Assembly: GCA_964187785.1 (NCBI GenBank)
Contig: OZ076409.1
Coordinates: forward strand, 43,278,001 to 43,342,000
Length of the DNA: 64,000 bases
Origin: Amphiscolops sp. MND2022
Lineage: Eukaryota
Direction: 5' to 3'
Shown piece after piece: positions 24,541-36,900 of the stretch; the first letter of the stretch is position 1; every line of letters starts with the position of its first letter. A program made the translations under genes and the position numbers. The notes below the pieces were generated by a model. The model was given only the letters and a program-made list of their open reading frames with translations. It had not been told where the DNA came from and made no database searches.

Positions 24541-26812
24541 GAAGGGAAGGTCTTCTTTTTGTTTTCTGTTGTTTTCGCTTCAGAAAATGCCTTTAATAGT
24601 ATGAAAGTTCGCAAAAGTCTACAGAACGTCAAACAACTTTCAGTTTTGGTTTTTTTGACCCTCAGGAAGGGGCCCCAATTCGGCCGTTGAGCATCTCATT
24701 GGCTGTTTCAATTTTCTTCATTGAGTGAAATCAATGCTTTGACAGTTCGGCTGGATGAAAACGCTTTCTGTTAACAAAGAAATCTTGGCACGGGGCTATT
24801 CCATGTAGCAGAGGGAACTGTTTTCTTAACAATTGATTGTTTTCCAAAAGAACTGACTGTTAACTAGGGTGGACATAATGCCATCAATGTGATAATTGCT
24901 AAATTTTGCTTATTTTTGATAGGATTTTACAAAAAAACGTCTATTTTGTTAGAATAGTCGTTATTAATCCTTTTCCAGTCAGTTTTCAAGTCTAAATAAC
25001 TTATGACGCCATCCAACGCTTCAAACTAATTTCTGATACGAAAAGCAAAAATATATATATTTCATCAGTTGTTTGCGTCCTCATTCGTTTGTTTTGTACG
25101 AACAGCACGTTGTTATATCTTTTTATAGACAGCGGTTGTATTCTGTGTTTGGTTTCAGGACGCAATTCCAAACATAGCCAAGTCATTCCAGAAGGCGGCT
25201 ATTAAAATTTAAATGCACTTTGAGGCTACGGACGAATTGATTACATGCATACAGGGAAAACTGGTGAAAGAGACGGCTGAGTTTATTCGCTGATTTTAAA
25301 AAAAAACTACCATCCGTCAGAGATACAAGATGGGTTTCTTGGTTGAGCTGTGCCCTTTGTTATGCCAGAAATTTACCAAGAATCCGCGAAATCGTCAAGT
25401 CTTATGATGGGGATGGGCCTGCATTGACCAGCAATATTTGAAACTCGGAAACAAAATGTGCTGCCTGCTCAGTTGCCATACTCAAAAAATGCATTGGCAC
25501 AAACATTGCGTTGGAACAATTGTCCCAATGCTAAAGAAACTATTAGACTCTGATCGCTCTTTTAAGCCCGGAAATATTGTAAAACATTTTACTTTGTATT
25601 TTAGAACAAATATACTGGCTTAAAAAAGTTCCTAATTGCAGTATTTTTCTATTTAATGCAAAGACAGAAAATGCCATATTACGAAACGTTAGGGCCATTT
25701 TTCTCGAACTTCAAGCGCCAGAAAAACCACCCGACCGAAAACAAAAAACAACAAAAACCTGAAAAAGAAGCGTTTTCAGAATTCAGTTAAAAACCGTTTC
25801 GTATCTTTTTTTTTCTTTCAAAGACAAAAGTTTTTTATGATTGCGAGGAGTAAAAAAATTTTACTCGAAACAATCTTTTCATTGAACTCCTATTGGACAG
25901 TATCACTAAAAAATTTTTAGAAACAGCTGATACTGAACACTGAAATAATTTCTCAAACAACTTCTCCGTTCAAATGAACCCATTGGTAATCTGTTTTAAG
26001 TAGTCTGGTACCAAAGAAATCAACAGCTCGGTAATATGTCTGCAATTGAAAAACTTCTGACTTTCTTCGAAGGTTCCGACTGTTAGTTTTTCTCTGTCTT
26101 TGCTGCATAACAGTTACACAATGAGAACATATGTGAAACTCGTCTACCATTTCCAGACTTTTTATAACAGCCAAAACAGATGAAACGGCTTCAGACGTTA
26201 TTCCTGCTCACCTGGCAACCAAATGAGGGAAATCAAGGTGCTTGTGCTTTCAACAGCTAATACGAGGGTGCATAAAAGAGTTTTAACATTCCTTTCGTCT
26301 ACGGGGACATGTATGAAACTCACGATACCTCCTCCGTTGACTCTGTATGTGATTTATCCCAAACTATTTTAGATTTCAAACATTACCTTGGTTGAGAAAA
26401 AATACAATCCTCGCAAGAATGCTACGAGATGACATGAAACTTGTAAAATTCTGCCAGATTCTGCCACAGTAGTTCTTTTCTCAACGATAAACATTTGTTT
26501 GAGAGAACGTGGAATGAAAAAAAAAACAAGCTTTCATTTGAAGCCAGGAGATTTTTCAGACCCAGTTGAAACATTGTCTTCAACGTTCCGTGTACTTGTG
26601 AATTTTTTTCTGCAAATTTTTTCCCCCATTCCCACATTCACTAGTTTAGTTTCCCGAGGCCACCAACAGACGCTTCGCTAAGTGAGTCCTAGGTCGAGCT
26701 GGAAAACGGGGAAACAACAGTTATCACGTTGTGATCGAATGACTGCAAGTTTTTTACAAGCAGTAGTAGAAGAATGCGTTCAACAAAGTTTGCAAAGTCA
26801 AGAAACAAATTC

Positions 26813-29524
26813 AACAAGACGGGAACGTCTAAAATCGGCGCTATATCTAAGGCTCAAAAACCGCAAAAGACTTTGTTTTGAAAAAAAAACTTGAATTTTT
26901 TTTCTTTCAGAAAATGTCGCATAGTGCCGAAAAATGTAAAAGGGGGGCCCTTTGGGCTTTATTAACATGTATTCTGTTGCAAAATATCAAAAAACTCAAA
27001 AGGACGACTTTCACGACCCGCTCCCGGTCGTGGTTGCGACTGGTCCTTCGCAATAGGAAGACGACGCGGCCGAGGATACTGCAAGTAAAACTCTAACCCT
27101 TTTAACTAATTTTCTACTTAAACTACAGCTAGGTGAATTGTAGATAAATTTTCAGTTGCAAAACACGACGTAAGTATCACGGAATATTTCCAGAAATGAT
27201 CTTAGACTAACTTAAATTCCCGGCCAAATATTTTCACGCGCAACGCTATTTTTCATTTCCGGTTTCATCTTCTGATTTTTCCATACCAATCTAAATATTA
27301 AAACAAGAACATTTTCTAAGTGGGATCTTTTTCTTTTCTGCTCCACACTAAAATGAAAACATCAAAGATAATAGTTAACTCCGAGATCCCAACGGAGTTC
27401 ATAAAATCTAAAATGAAAAACATACAAAATACAGAAGAGTTATTTCTCCAGTATTAAAGTAGTTGTCAATATCCACTTAAAACATCAGTTAAGTGATTTT
27501 AAGCAAATGTTTACAACGTTATGACAGCGTCACTCAACTAAGCTAGTAACGGATATTTCTATTTTTACGGACCAATGGCGTCGCTCCTCAACTGAATTAT
27601 TTGAGCTCAAGCTATTAAGCTCGTGCCAATAGAATTATGCTCAGTTGCCCCTAGCAACGCCAATTAGCTAAGAGAAAGAGAATGAATTCGCTTACGCTCT
27701 TCACTTTCCCTCAGTTAGCCACCGCCGCTCAGCTATACCTAATCTTAATACGTACGGAGCGACTACGGAGTGAACTGTAAACGTGTATTCCGCTGCTCAG
27801 CTATAACTAATCTTAATACGTACGGAGCACTTACGGAGCGAATTGTAAAATCGTAACTACGAAGTACTGGTTCAAACGAAATTCTGACGCAGTTCCTCTT
27901 TCAAGTTAAATCGACGCATTAAAGAATTTTCTGGAACAGGATTTCATATAAGAAAAGCTCTACTGTTGGGAGAATTAAAGTGTTAACTTGGTAACAAGTT
28001 AGTGATGAAACAAATGTAATGTGATTTTAATTTTACGTTTGTTTTACGTTACGCCCAATTCGATTTTGTATCTATAAACCCCATAATGATGACAATTTCA
28101 AAAAAGATGCAAATTCCCCAATACTATCGAAGCAGCCTCATGGTGTTAACCTCAATAAACTTAGTTCAGCCAATTTTCACTGAATACAATGAGTGTAATA
28201 ATGCAAAGTGCACATTTTTTTGATGGCAATTAGCATGTCTGACTTACGTTGCAATTAATTTGCTCAAAGAGGTGTTGTAGTTAAACATTTCACTTTATGT
28301 GCGATATGCCACTTAATAGTAAGATCGGAGATGCAACGTAAGTTTGGTGCAATTCAGATGTCCTGTTTATTAAATGAATGATTCCTGAAACCTTGCTATT
28401 ACTATACAGTTTAGCTGCAATCATGTTCCACCATTAATTTCCTGTTGATTTTTAGTATGCAGAGTTTGTACCAATTCGACGGATAGTTTCCGTCAACAAT
28501 CGTTCGTGTTTTGTTAGATTTATTGCTTACTATTGTTGAGTAAGACGCAACATTGGTTTTGTTTGTTATCGTAATATGCTATCCCAGTATCATCTGTTCC
28601 TTTTCCATATCTAGATCTTTTCATTCCCGAAATTTTTTGCTCTGTTTCATTTGCGTTGATAATTTTGAGTGTCATACTTTTGCTCCGAATATTAATTCCC
28701 CAGTTTGGGAGTTGACTTATTGATCATGCCGGCGTGCCCTCGTCGATGAAAATATCAACTAGACTTTTATTTACCGCAGTTTTGAAGTCCAAACAAGAAA
28801 TAGAATTGCCTGAACAAAAAGGATTTCAACAAATGTCACGGGATAACGACGCAACTAGGGATTTCGACTAGAAGTCAAAAGAGGAAAGCAGTAGCTGAGC
28901 CAGTTCCTGGAGATTTTGAAGCTTCTATAGCCGAGAACACTCCGTCTGAAAACCCTATAGCTAAAGTCCCTAGGTTAGAACCCGAGAATCTAGAAGAAAT
29001 AAAAACTTCTCTGAGAAAAAAGATAATGTCTGATCTGACAAAAATACTTGCTGAGAACCAAAAGGAAATGCTCAAACTGATAGCACCTTTGAATAAAAAA
29101 CAGCCAGTCTGTTCAAATATCCAGGATTCTGACTCTGAGCCAAAAAATATCTCCGTAGCTAGGACGTCTACTTCCGTTGATGCACACACTGCGACTAATT
29201 CTAAAACAACACCGAAAAATAGTCGTAACAAGCACTCTTTTGAGACGTTTAAAAATTTTCGAAAAAAAGTCGCACAATACCGAAACAAATCGAAAGGGAC
29301 CGGTTAGTCTCGTCCGGTTTTGTAGGTTACGTTAAAATAGTAAAAATGAAAAGGGGGACCTTTTTGCACTATTTTCCGCTGACTGGACTTGGCCTTATGG
29401 TAGTAGATTTAGTAGTTTCGATTGTTAGAAAAGTGGCCCAATCAGAGTGAGATTGTAGTCTGACGAAAAAAACTAGCCACTGTAAGAGTCGGGCGCTTTT
29501 CCCTGGAAAAGCGCCGATTAAAAA
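26813..29524 (-). mobile_element. DINE-1/HINE-like element interrupted by a solo LTR
   Basis: aacaagacgggaacgtctaaaatcggcgc at 26813; family sequence resumes at 29231 and ends agtcgggc...aaaagcgccgattaaaa. Confidence 0.75.
27009..29230 (+). mobile_element. Solo LTR (~2.2 kb) of a related Gypsy family containing a gag-like N-terminal ORF
   Basis: Starts tttcacgaccc (inferred decayed tgtcacg), ends ...agtcgtaaca; flanks acgac/agcac (degenerate 5-bp TSD); interrupts a HINE; ORF ...STRSQKRKAVAE...MSDLTKILAENQKEML... runs to the LTR end. Confidence 0.65.
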
Positions 29525-30120
29525 GACCTTTGTGCCGGTATTTTCCGACCAATATGTAACGTTTCATGTAAATCAAACATTTGCATTCATTTCCTTGCAT
29601 TTCTTGGTACAACCACAAAACTAAACACAAAAAATTCGGTATTCCGACTCTGAGAAGTTAGCTGTTTTTGGCTCCGATCTCGAGTTTCCTGTTTTGTTAC
29701 ATTCGTTGGAACATAATTCTCATTTCTTGATTACTCGATTTTACGTCTCCAAGCTATGCTTACTGACGAACTTTCCGAGCTTTACGACGGCCTGGTTGAC
29801 AACTAACAGACACTTCTAAAATTGATTTGTCCAAGGAAGACACTTGCAAAATCCATTTATAAGAATGGCTTGCGTTACTTTAAACAAGTTTCAAAAGTCA
29901 ATGAAGCAATAAATGCGTCTGTGACTTTGCATCTATTCTGTTTCACAAAAACTGCCAAAAAGTTACTTTCAAATTCAAAACTGAGACAATTAGAGTCAAC
30001 TTAGTTGTATACACGAAGTTGGCAGGTAGCTGCTGTTGATCTTCTAACTTCTAAACCAAATGACAAAACCTAACTCCTGCGTTCTAAAGCAAAAACTTTC
30101 TGAATCAAATTTACCTTTAC

Positions 30121-31776
30121 CATACATTACGATACATATCCCAGCAAGCAAGTTCCCAGATCTTGCGACTTGTATTATTAACCAATCACAGTAAGTTATT
30201 ATGATGAATACAATTTTACATTATTCTCATTTTACACAAAGAATAACTAGTTACACTGAATGACTAGAATTCATTGATTAACGGGCTTACACTATTTTCC
30301 GGAGAAAAACTTTGCAATAATTGACTGCTTTCGCCCTTATGAAGTCCTACAGACTTTGAATAAATTACGCAATTTTCCCCTACACATTTTGACTGAATTA
30401 CGCCGTCTTACTAATTACGTGGTGTAAATTAGTCAAATAGTGTAGCACAGTAATGAAATTGACTATTTTACACGTTTTGTGAGTCATTGGTTTAACTATT
30501 ATAAAGATTGTTTTATGAGTCCTATTTTACGCGATTTGTTGAACATCACAACGTATTAGTTTACATGTAATAACACGCGTGTATTAATACAGTGTTTCAC
30601 TCCAATGCGCTAAAGTTTTAGGTAATGTAAAAAAATCAGTATTGAAAGACGATTAGTATTGAATTAGTAGTGATTCGAATGGAATTACAAGAATTCTGAT
30701 CATAAAGTTTTTGTTTGAAATTTTTGCCTAAGGTTTTGACCAATAAGGACTTGGTTCAAATCAAAAAGTTACGGTTGAAAACTTTGCTTACTGTCATAAT
30801 CAGTGAGCAATTTGGTTACGTAATTCTAAGTGATTCAAATTGATTCACAAAAAATCAATTCATAAAGTGCACGTTTAAAACTTTTGCTTACTCTCATGAT
30901 CATTAAGCAATTAAGTCACGCAATTTCAAGTGCTTCAATTTGAAAGGATTCATATAGCATGAAAATTTCAGTTTCACGCATAATATTTATTGTGTCAAAA
31001 TATACTTTTTTAAACATTTATTAGAAATGAGAAGTCAATACCGAAAGTTGAAAGAGTTTTACACCAGGTGTCATAGCATAGTCGTCAACGTTTACTACTC
31101 TCTCATTTCTAGACTCAGTTTCATTGACTAAATTCTACACGTGCAATTACTCAAGTATAATAAACGTCACCTTGTTTTTACGAATTACAGAATATTTTTC
31201 AATTAGGTGTGAATTTGGTGTTGAATGGTGAATTTAAAACCAAATTCACGTTACGGTTGAAACCTTTGCCAATTGTTGTGATCAGTAAGCGATTGGATTA
31301 CGCAATTTTGATTCCAATTGAATCACAAGTGTTCCAATCATAAAATTTATGTTGAAACACTTTGCTTACTGCCATGGTCAGTGAGCATTTGGTTCAAATC
31401 ATAAAGTTACGGTTGAAGATTTTGATTACTGTCATTGTCAGTAAGCAAAAAGTTTATGCAATTCTAAGTGTTTCGACGGAATTTGTTTGCATGTGTTATC
31501 CATTGTACAGCTTACTGTATGTTTGTATGTGATAAGATAACTATGCATTTATAAAATAACTCTGACTGATTTACACTTTACACAATTGGTGAAACTCCAG
31601 TTGAAAATTTTTGACTGTTTTATTGACCGCGTTCATATTACACTTCTCTGCAACACTACACTAACGAATTAGTACACTCTTCGACATATTTACACTAATT
31701 GACAATTTTACCCAAAATACAATTTACACCAAAAGATCGCTTTCCACTTTTGCGGTGTGATCTATCGTAATGTATG
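30121..31776. repeat. Degenerate ~100-bp tandem repeats bounded by 14-bp inverted repeats (probable non-autonomous DNA element)
   Basis: catacattacgata (30121) / tatcgtaatgtatg (31763); recurring tttgcttactgtcatgatcagtaagcaatt unit at 30700-31480. Confidence 0.45.
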
Positions 31777-32426
31777 CAATATAAGTCAAATAATGTTGGA
31801 ATTTCGGAGCGATATATTACCGCTTATTCAATTCTAAACATTTCTTCAAGAGCCAGTGTTAAATGCAAATATTGAACGAGAAAGTTCCAAACCCTCATTT
31901 TCTTCAGTACTTGAGTAGCAAAGTCGACCAATTTTGGATATCTTCTTAGGTCTGTGGAAGAGAGGAAATGATGCAACAAAGCGACACACCATCAAGCTGA
32001 CATGACCACAAGCCGACATTTCGAACTCATTTCGCTATAATTTATTTTTTAAAGTCAAACTCGAACAATCACATAGCTGTGATGATAAAACCTTTTTGAA
32101 TAATGACTATTTAACAAACTTTTGTTACTCAACGAACTCAAATTTTCAAAACAATTGAACCAAACGAAATTGTTTGTCATTTCTTTTTATTCAAATAGTT
32201 TCGATACCTTGTTACGGAATGTCGAAGTTTCACTGAGGTTAAACTAAGGTAAAGAACTGATATGAATAAGCACAATTTTGATCTTTTTGCCCCTAAGCAC
32301 CCCCTCAGGGACGTATTTTCTGTAGAGTATTAATGCCAAATCAATGAAAAAAACAAGAACCACATTCAAAACAAACAAAACAGACATTCAACCACTTCTA
32401 TAAAATCTGCTTACACAGTTCAACTT

Positions 32427-33870
32427 TATTCATTTCGACAAGCAGTTGCTATTGGATTCCAATACATAACCAAGGAAGTATTCCTATCAAGATTGGAATG
32501 TTTGGGGGACTGTTCATTTCGTCGAACATTCAATTCGTCGAACACGTATTAATTTAGCGAGCATTGTATGACGTAATGGAATGAATTGATTTCAGCCAAT
32601 CAAATTCGAGCACTCAAAATTACCATAAAGTAGTCAGATAAGTTCACATACTCCTAGTGCCCTAAATGCAGGAGCGAAGCGAAGCAGAGCGACGTGCCAT
32701 TTGGCCATGCCTCAATATTGCTACTTGGCGAAGGGAGCGAAGCGACCGAGCCATACAACAAAAATGCTAATCGCCACAAAATATAACCAAATGAAATTAA
32801 TCGCTGATATGGAATTCTTTCGACGCATTGAATAGCTTTTCATTTTTCGACGATTTGAATGTTCGACGAATTGAAGTTGCACCGAATGTTTGAGTCGCAG
32901 AACTTTTTATCCAATGTCTTGAATCCTGTTCTGTCCGGCAGGCTCCTCCTTGAAATTCTCTGAATATCGAGACGTGATTACATATTCGTGAACCTCCATA
33001 TTTCTGAGAACTTTCCAACACTTTGGAATAGAAGTTCCAACATCGTTGATCCAGCTCCGGTTCCAGTTTTTGCACTTTTTGGTTGTCCTTAATGTCGAGT
33101 GCCAATCAAAAACATTCCAGTTCTCCTGTTGATGATTTTAATATTTTTACAGAAAATTTCGACTTTATTCATGATTTGTTCCAAGTTAGGACAATCATAA
33201 CAAATATTCCGAATTGTTTTCAAAATTGTTGAAACCAGGAAGTATTTCGGTCTGTGGTATAATTCGCAGACTAAATAACCGCAGGATATTTTTTGAACGC
33301 AGGGAGTTATTTGATAGACAATGGTAATGCCTTCTTCTTGAAAATTCGGTAAATTCTCCGCAAGAACAGGAACCAGGAGCTATAGTGCTGAGAAACGAAG
33401 AAATTTTTCTTGATTGCTGGAGCAATATACGATTCAAAGTCTGTCACTATTAGAAGTGTTACACCAAATGTTTCACAGCCATTGATAATCAAAAACTCGA
33501 ACAGCCTCGTAGAAACTTCCTCAGTTTTTGAGCCCAAGCGACACACATCGTCCGTTCTGTTGTAGCCCCGAACGATGGGTAAAATTTCGAAGTTGGGTGT
33601 GGTGCTGTGTTGAAGGTTCCTTTGAGAAAAACATACTTTGACTTGATCCAAACTTCGAGACCCTGGTCTGACTCAACAATCAACATTCCCGGCTCCTGGC
33701 GAAGTAAAAACTGTTTTTTGTTCAGAGCAAGGTCCCTATTGCCTTGAACATCAACGTGATTGAAATGTTTTGGAGCAGCGGGGAATTATCGAAACATACT
33801 CTTCTGCATTGTTAGTAACTGGGGTATGGTAAAACTTTGCGCATCGTGTTCCAGAACATCTTCCTAGAAA
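32427..33870 (-). pseudogene. Mutator (MULE) transposase relic
   Basis: YVFLKGTFNTAP (decayed DGTF motif), IVTDFESYIAPAIKKNF and WNFY segments appear in MULE order across frames. Confidence 0.65.
32505..32883. mobile_element. Mutator-type MITE inserted into the MULE relic
   Basis: 9-bp TSD GAATGTTTG (32496-32504, 32884-32892); GG...CC ends; inverted ttcgtcgaacattc repeats. Confidence 0.85.
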
Positions 33871-33939
33871 AAATTTAAGCAAGTTTCAAAAAGGATCCTC
33901 TGAAATTAAATGATTCATTTAAATCACAGCATTACCTTT

Positions 33940-36900
33940 CACGATGTGTTATAATATAGTTTACGACATTGTACATCTCCCTCCCCCTCCAGTCCGAACT
34001 GGACGTAGTAGATCGGGGAGGACTGTCAGATTAAAATGTACTCCCCAAGTCTCGCAGGATGTCGCTTTTCATTCTGGGACGGTTTGGGAAGAGTCCGTGG
34101 GTTATCCAAGGGAGACTAAGATAGGAGTGACTCCGCGTCAGATGACCCGGATTCGTAAGGTTTATCACAACAATCGGACTCCTCGTCGGATGATTCAGTG
34201 GATAGGACTCATTTAGACGGCAGTTTTGCTTGAGTGCGTTGATTCTACCGGGACGGATTCCTTTCGAAGTTGGTAATTTGTAAAGGCTGGATGGTACGGG
34301 CAGTAACAAGTGTACGTTTCACAACGATCTTGCCGAACTTCCGTTGAAACTTCCGATTCCGGAGACTAACTCTGCCCGAGCTATCCACTCTCGATCACCT
34401 CGATCACCAGGGCGGTTCGATTCTATTTTAGTAGTTGGTTATTCTCTGGTCTTGGATAAAGACTTGGTCGTCAACGTCAAGGGGCTGCAATCGCACCATG
34501 TGTTCGGTGAGGTGTTCACCTTTTCTGACATTTCTGGCACGCATTGCTTTTTTCTTGTCGCGCGATGTTTCTATCGAGGTATTGTGAAGTCTGTACGAAC
34601 CGGACAAAAAGGGGAGGAAGTATTTTATGGGTGGTGCAAGTTCATCAGTGCTGGGGATAAACCGGTATCGCGGTCGGGGGTGTTGTGGTATTGATGCATG
34701 CCTGTTTGAAATTTGTCGCCGTTGATCTCGTTGTGCAGGCCAGTGTTGTCCATAAGCATGTGCTTGCAGGCTTTGACCCCGAGCTCGGCACGTGCGTTTG
34801 AAAGGGCAAGCGCAACATACGAGAGGCGATGATGGACACCCCAGTTTGACAACAGTTGCTGTCTCCTCGGCTGTAAATTCTGCCATTCCAATGTGACGAA
34901 ACCTTCGCGAAGGTATTTTACAAGCTTCAAAGAACCTTCTCGTCATTGTTGAACGTAATTGAAGTAATCCGGACAGATGCACTGCAAAGGGTAGACTGGT
35001 TCCTGAGCCGCGAAGGAAAGACCATGCGGCTGACTGGCCGCAGCAACAGCACTTTCACTTCAGCTGATGAGAATCAGCTGATGTGTCGGGTTCCTACACC
35101 TTGCTGGCCTCTAGAGAGTCGCAGTTAAATACATCCCATGGGTTCGAAATTGTTATCCAGGCGAAGTTTTTTGCATCACCAGTGGGTTTTCTCGAACTTG
35201 CATCCTTTTGTCTCTGGCCGGTCTTGTGGATGATAGAGATCCGGTATGGCAGCGTTTTCTTCTCGGGTGACAGTAGTCTTTCATTCTTGATGTAGCCGAG
35301 GTGCCGCTTTTTGAGAACCCCGAGTACCCCCTTGTCTTCAGGGGCTACCACCGAAATGTCCCAATCGAGTACAAAGTGATGGGCGGACTCCAGTCCATAA
35401 ACCACAGCCGAGGATTCCCCTTCAGTTGGAGCATATCTGGTGGTTGTGTGAACCTGCTACCCCAAACGCAATGCTGTTTTCTATCCCGTTGAGCAACATA
35501 TAGGAGAAACGACCTCACAGGTGCAGTACTTCTGCAAGAGCCAGATACCGATGCCGTTCAAGGACCAATCTGAGTCGAGGAAAGTGACACATTTGGAGTT
35601 GAATATCCGAACATCCTCCGTGATTTTTCCCAGTATAGCAGCCATGGACTGCTCAAAAACTTGTTGTAGCCGATAATCCCATTATAAAGTTGACGACGGC
35701 TTGAGTTGCCAGCGGAAAGGTGCCATGTCATTGAGGAGGAAATCGCGGTACGACATTTGGTTGATAAAACCGAAACAATATGGGATATCAGTGATGTTTT
35801 GTGGTGTAGGAAAGTCACGGAATTGGCGGATATATTTCACACTGGGTTGAACGTTGATCGGATGGTTGACGAAGCCAGCCAACTCCCCTGTGTCGGAACC
35901 GATTCCAAGTTTTTAGGATTCTGTAGAATACCGTGTCTACCGCAAATGTCTCGCCCACGACATGATTGAACAAAGCTTTCTTCGAGAGTGTCTGCCAATA
36001 AGCATGTGTCATCGATGTATTTGGTCTTGTTGGGAAAGAAAGTCGTTTTCAATTTCGTCTTACCGTCGTGTTATTCTGTCCTGGGACGCAGCGTAACCCT
36101 CTGGAGGAGTTTTGTGTCGGTACCAACCCCATCGGGTGTTGTGGTGGTCTTCTCGTATTGGCACACTGTGATACCCGTTCCAAACATCCGTGATTGACTT
36201 CTTGGTCCCTGAATGCATCAGCGTTGCCTGGTAAAACGGAATGGGTTGTGAGTCTTTCACGGACAGCATGTTTGTTGAGCACCTGCATTTCACTTTGCGT
36301 CGTGGCTTGTCGTCTATTTTCCGTGAGGTGACAATTTGATGACATTAAGTAATCGGTTCTCCAACTAGAACAACCTCCAGGGCCCCGAGTTTGACATCTA
36401 TGTCGATAGAGCCCTTCACTTTCTGTTGCCATTGTAGGGGGACCGGTTTCGGTTTGAGGACTGCGATTGTCTTGGCCTCAAGGTCGACGTGGAACTCCAA
36501 CGACGCCCCGCCATTAAAAAGAGTGTTCGGCATTCGCAAGTGTTGAAAGTGCTGGATCTGTATCTGTCTAGTATAATAATCTGGAGAGCGGTCCGATAGG
36601 CGTTAGTTGCGGGGTTGATTAAGAAGTTGGTGACGGTGACCGCTTGGTGCGTATGGGGCAGGAGCAGTACTTTGGTATTTGGACTCTAGCAAAGGTCTCT
36701 AGTACGTTGCCTGACACCGACTTTCCGAATAGTCGTCGAATAACTGCCCCTAGAATCGAAATGACGTCCCAATTCAGCGCCGCTTTTTTCACGGAAATGA
36801 CGTCTGATTTTCTGAAAAGCAACCTTTGAATGATTTTGATCCCAACTAGAACTGATTGACGACCAGCATCAGCCGTCATAGCTATCGTAGCTTGGTGTAT

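Noticed and set aside
24378..24632. ORF with repeated KFRRR, and a CRISPR-like look of the 15-bp arrays
   Set aside because: It is the translation of a tandem array with no unique spacers; the array is one arm of a foldback MITE and there are no cas genes
23100..26800. Possible host exons in the 23-27 kb interval
   Set aside because: The candidate splice-bounded segments I tested either had stops in all frames or gave no recognisable protein
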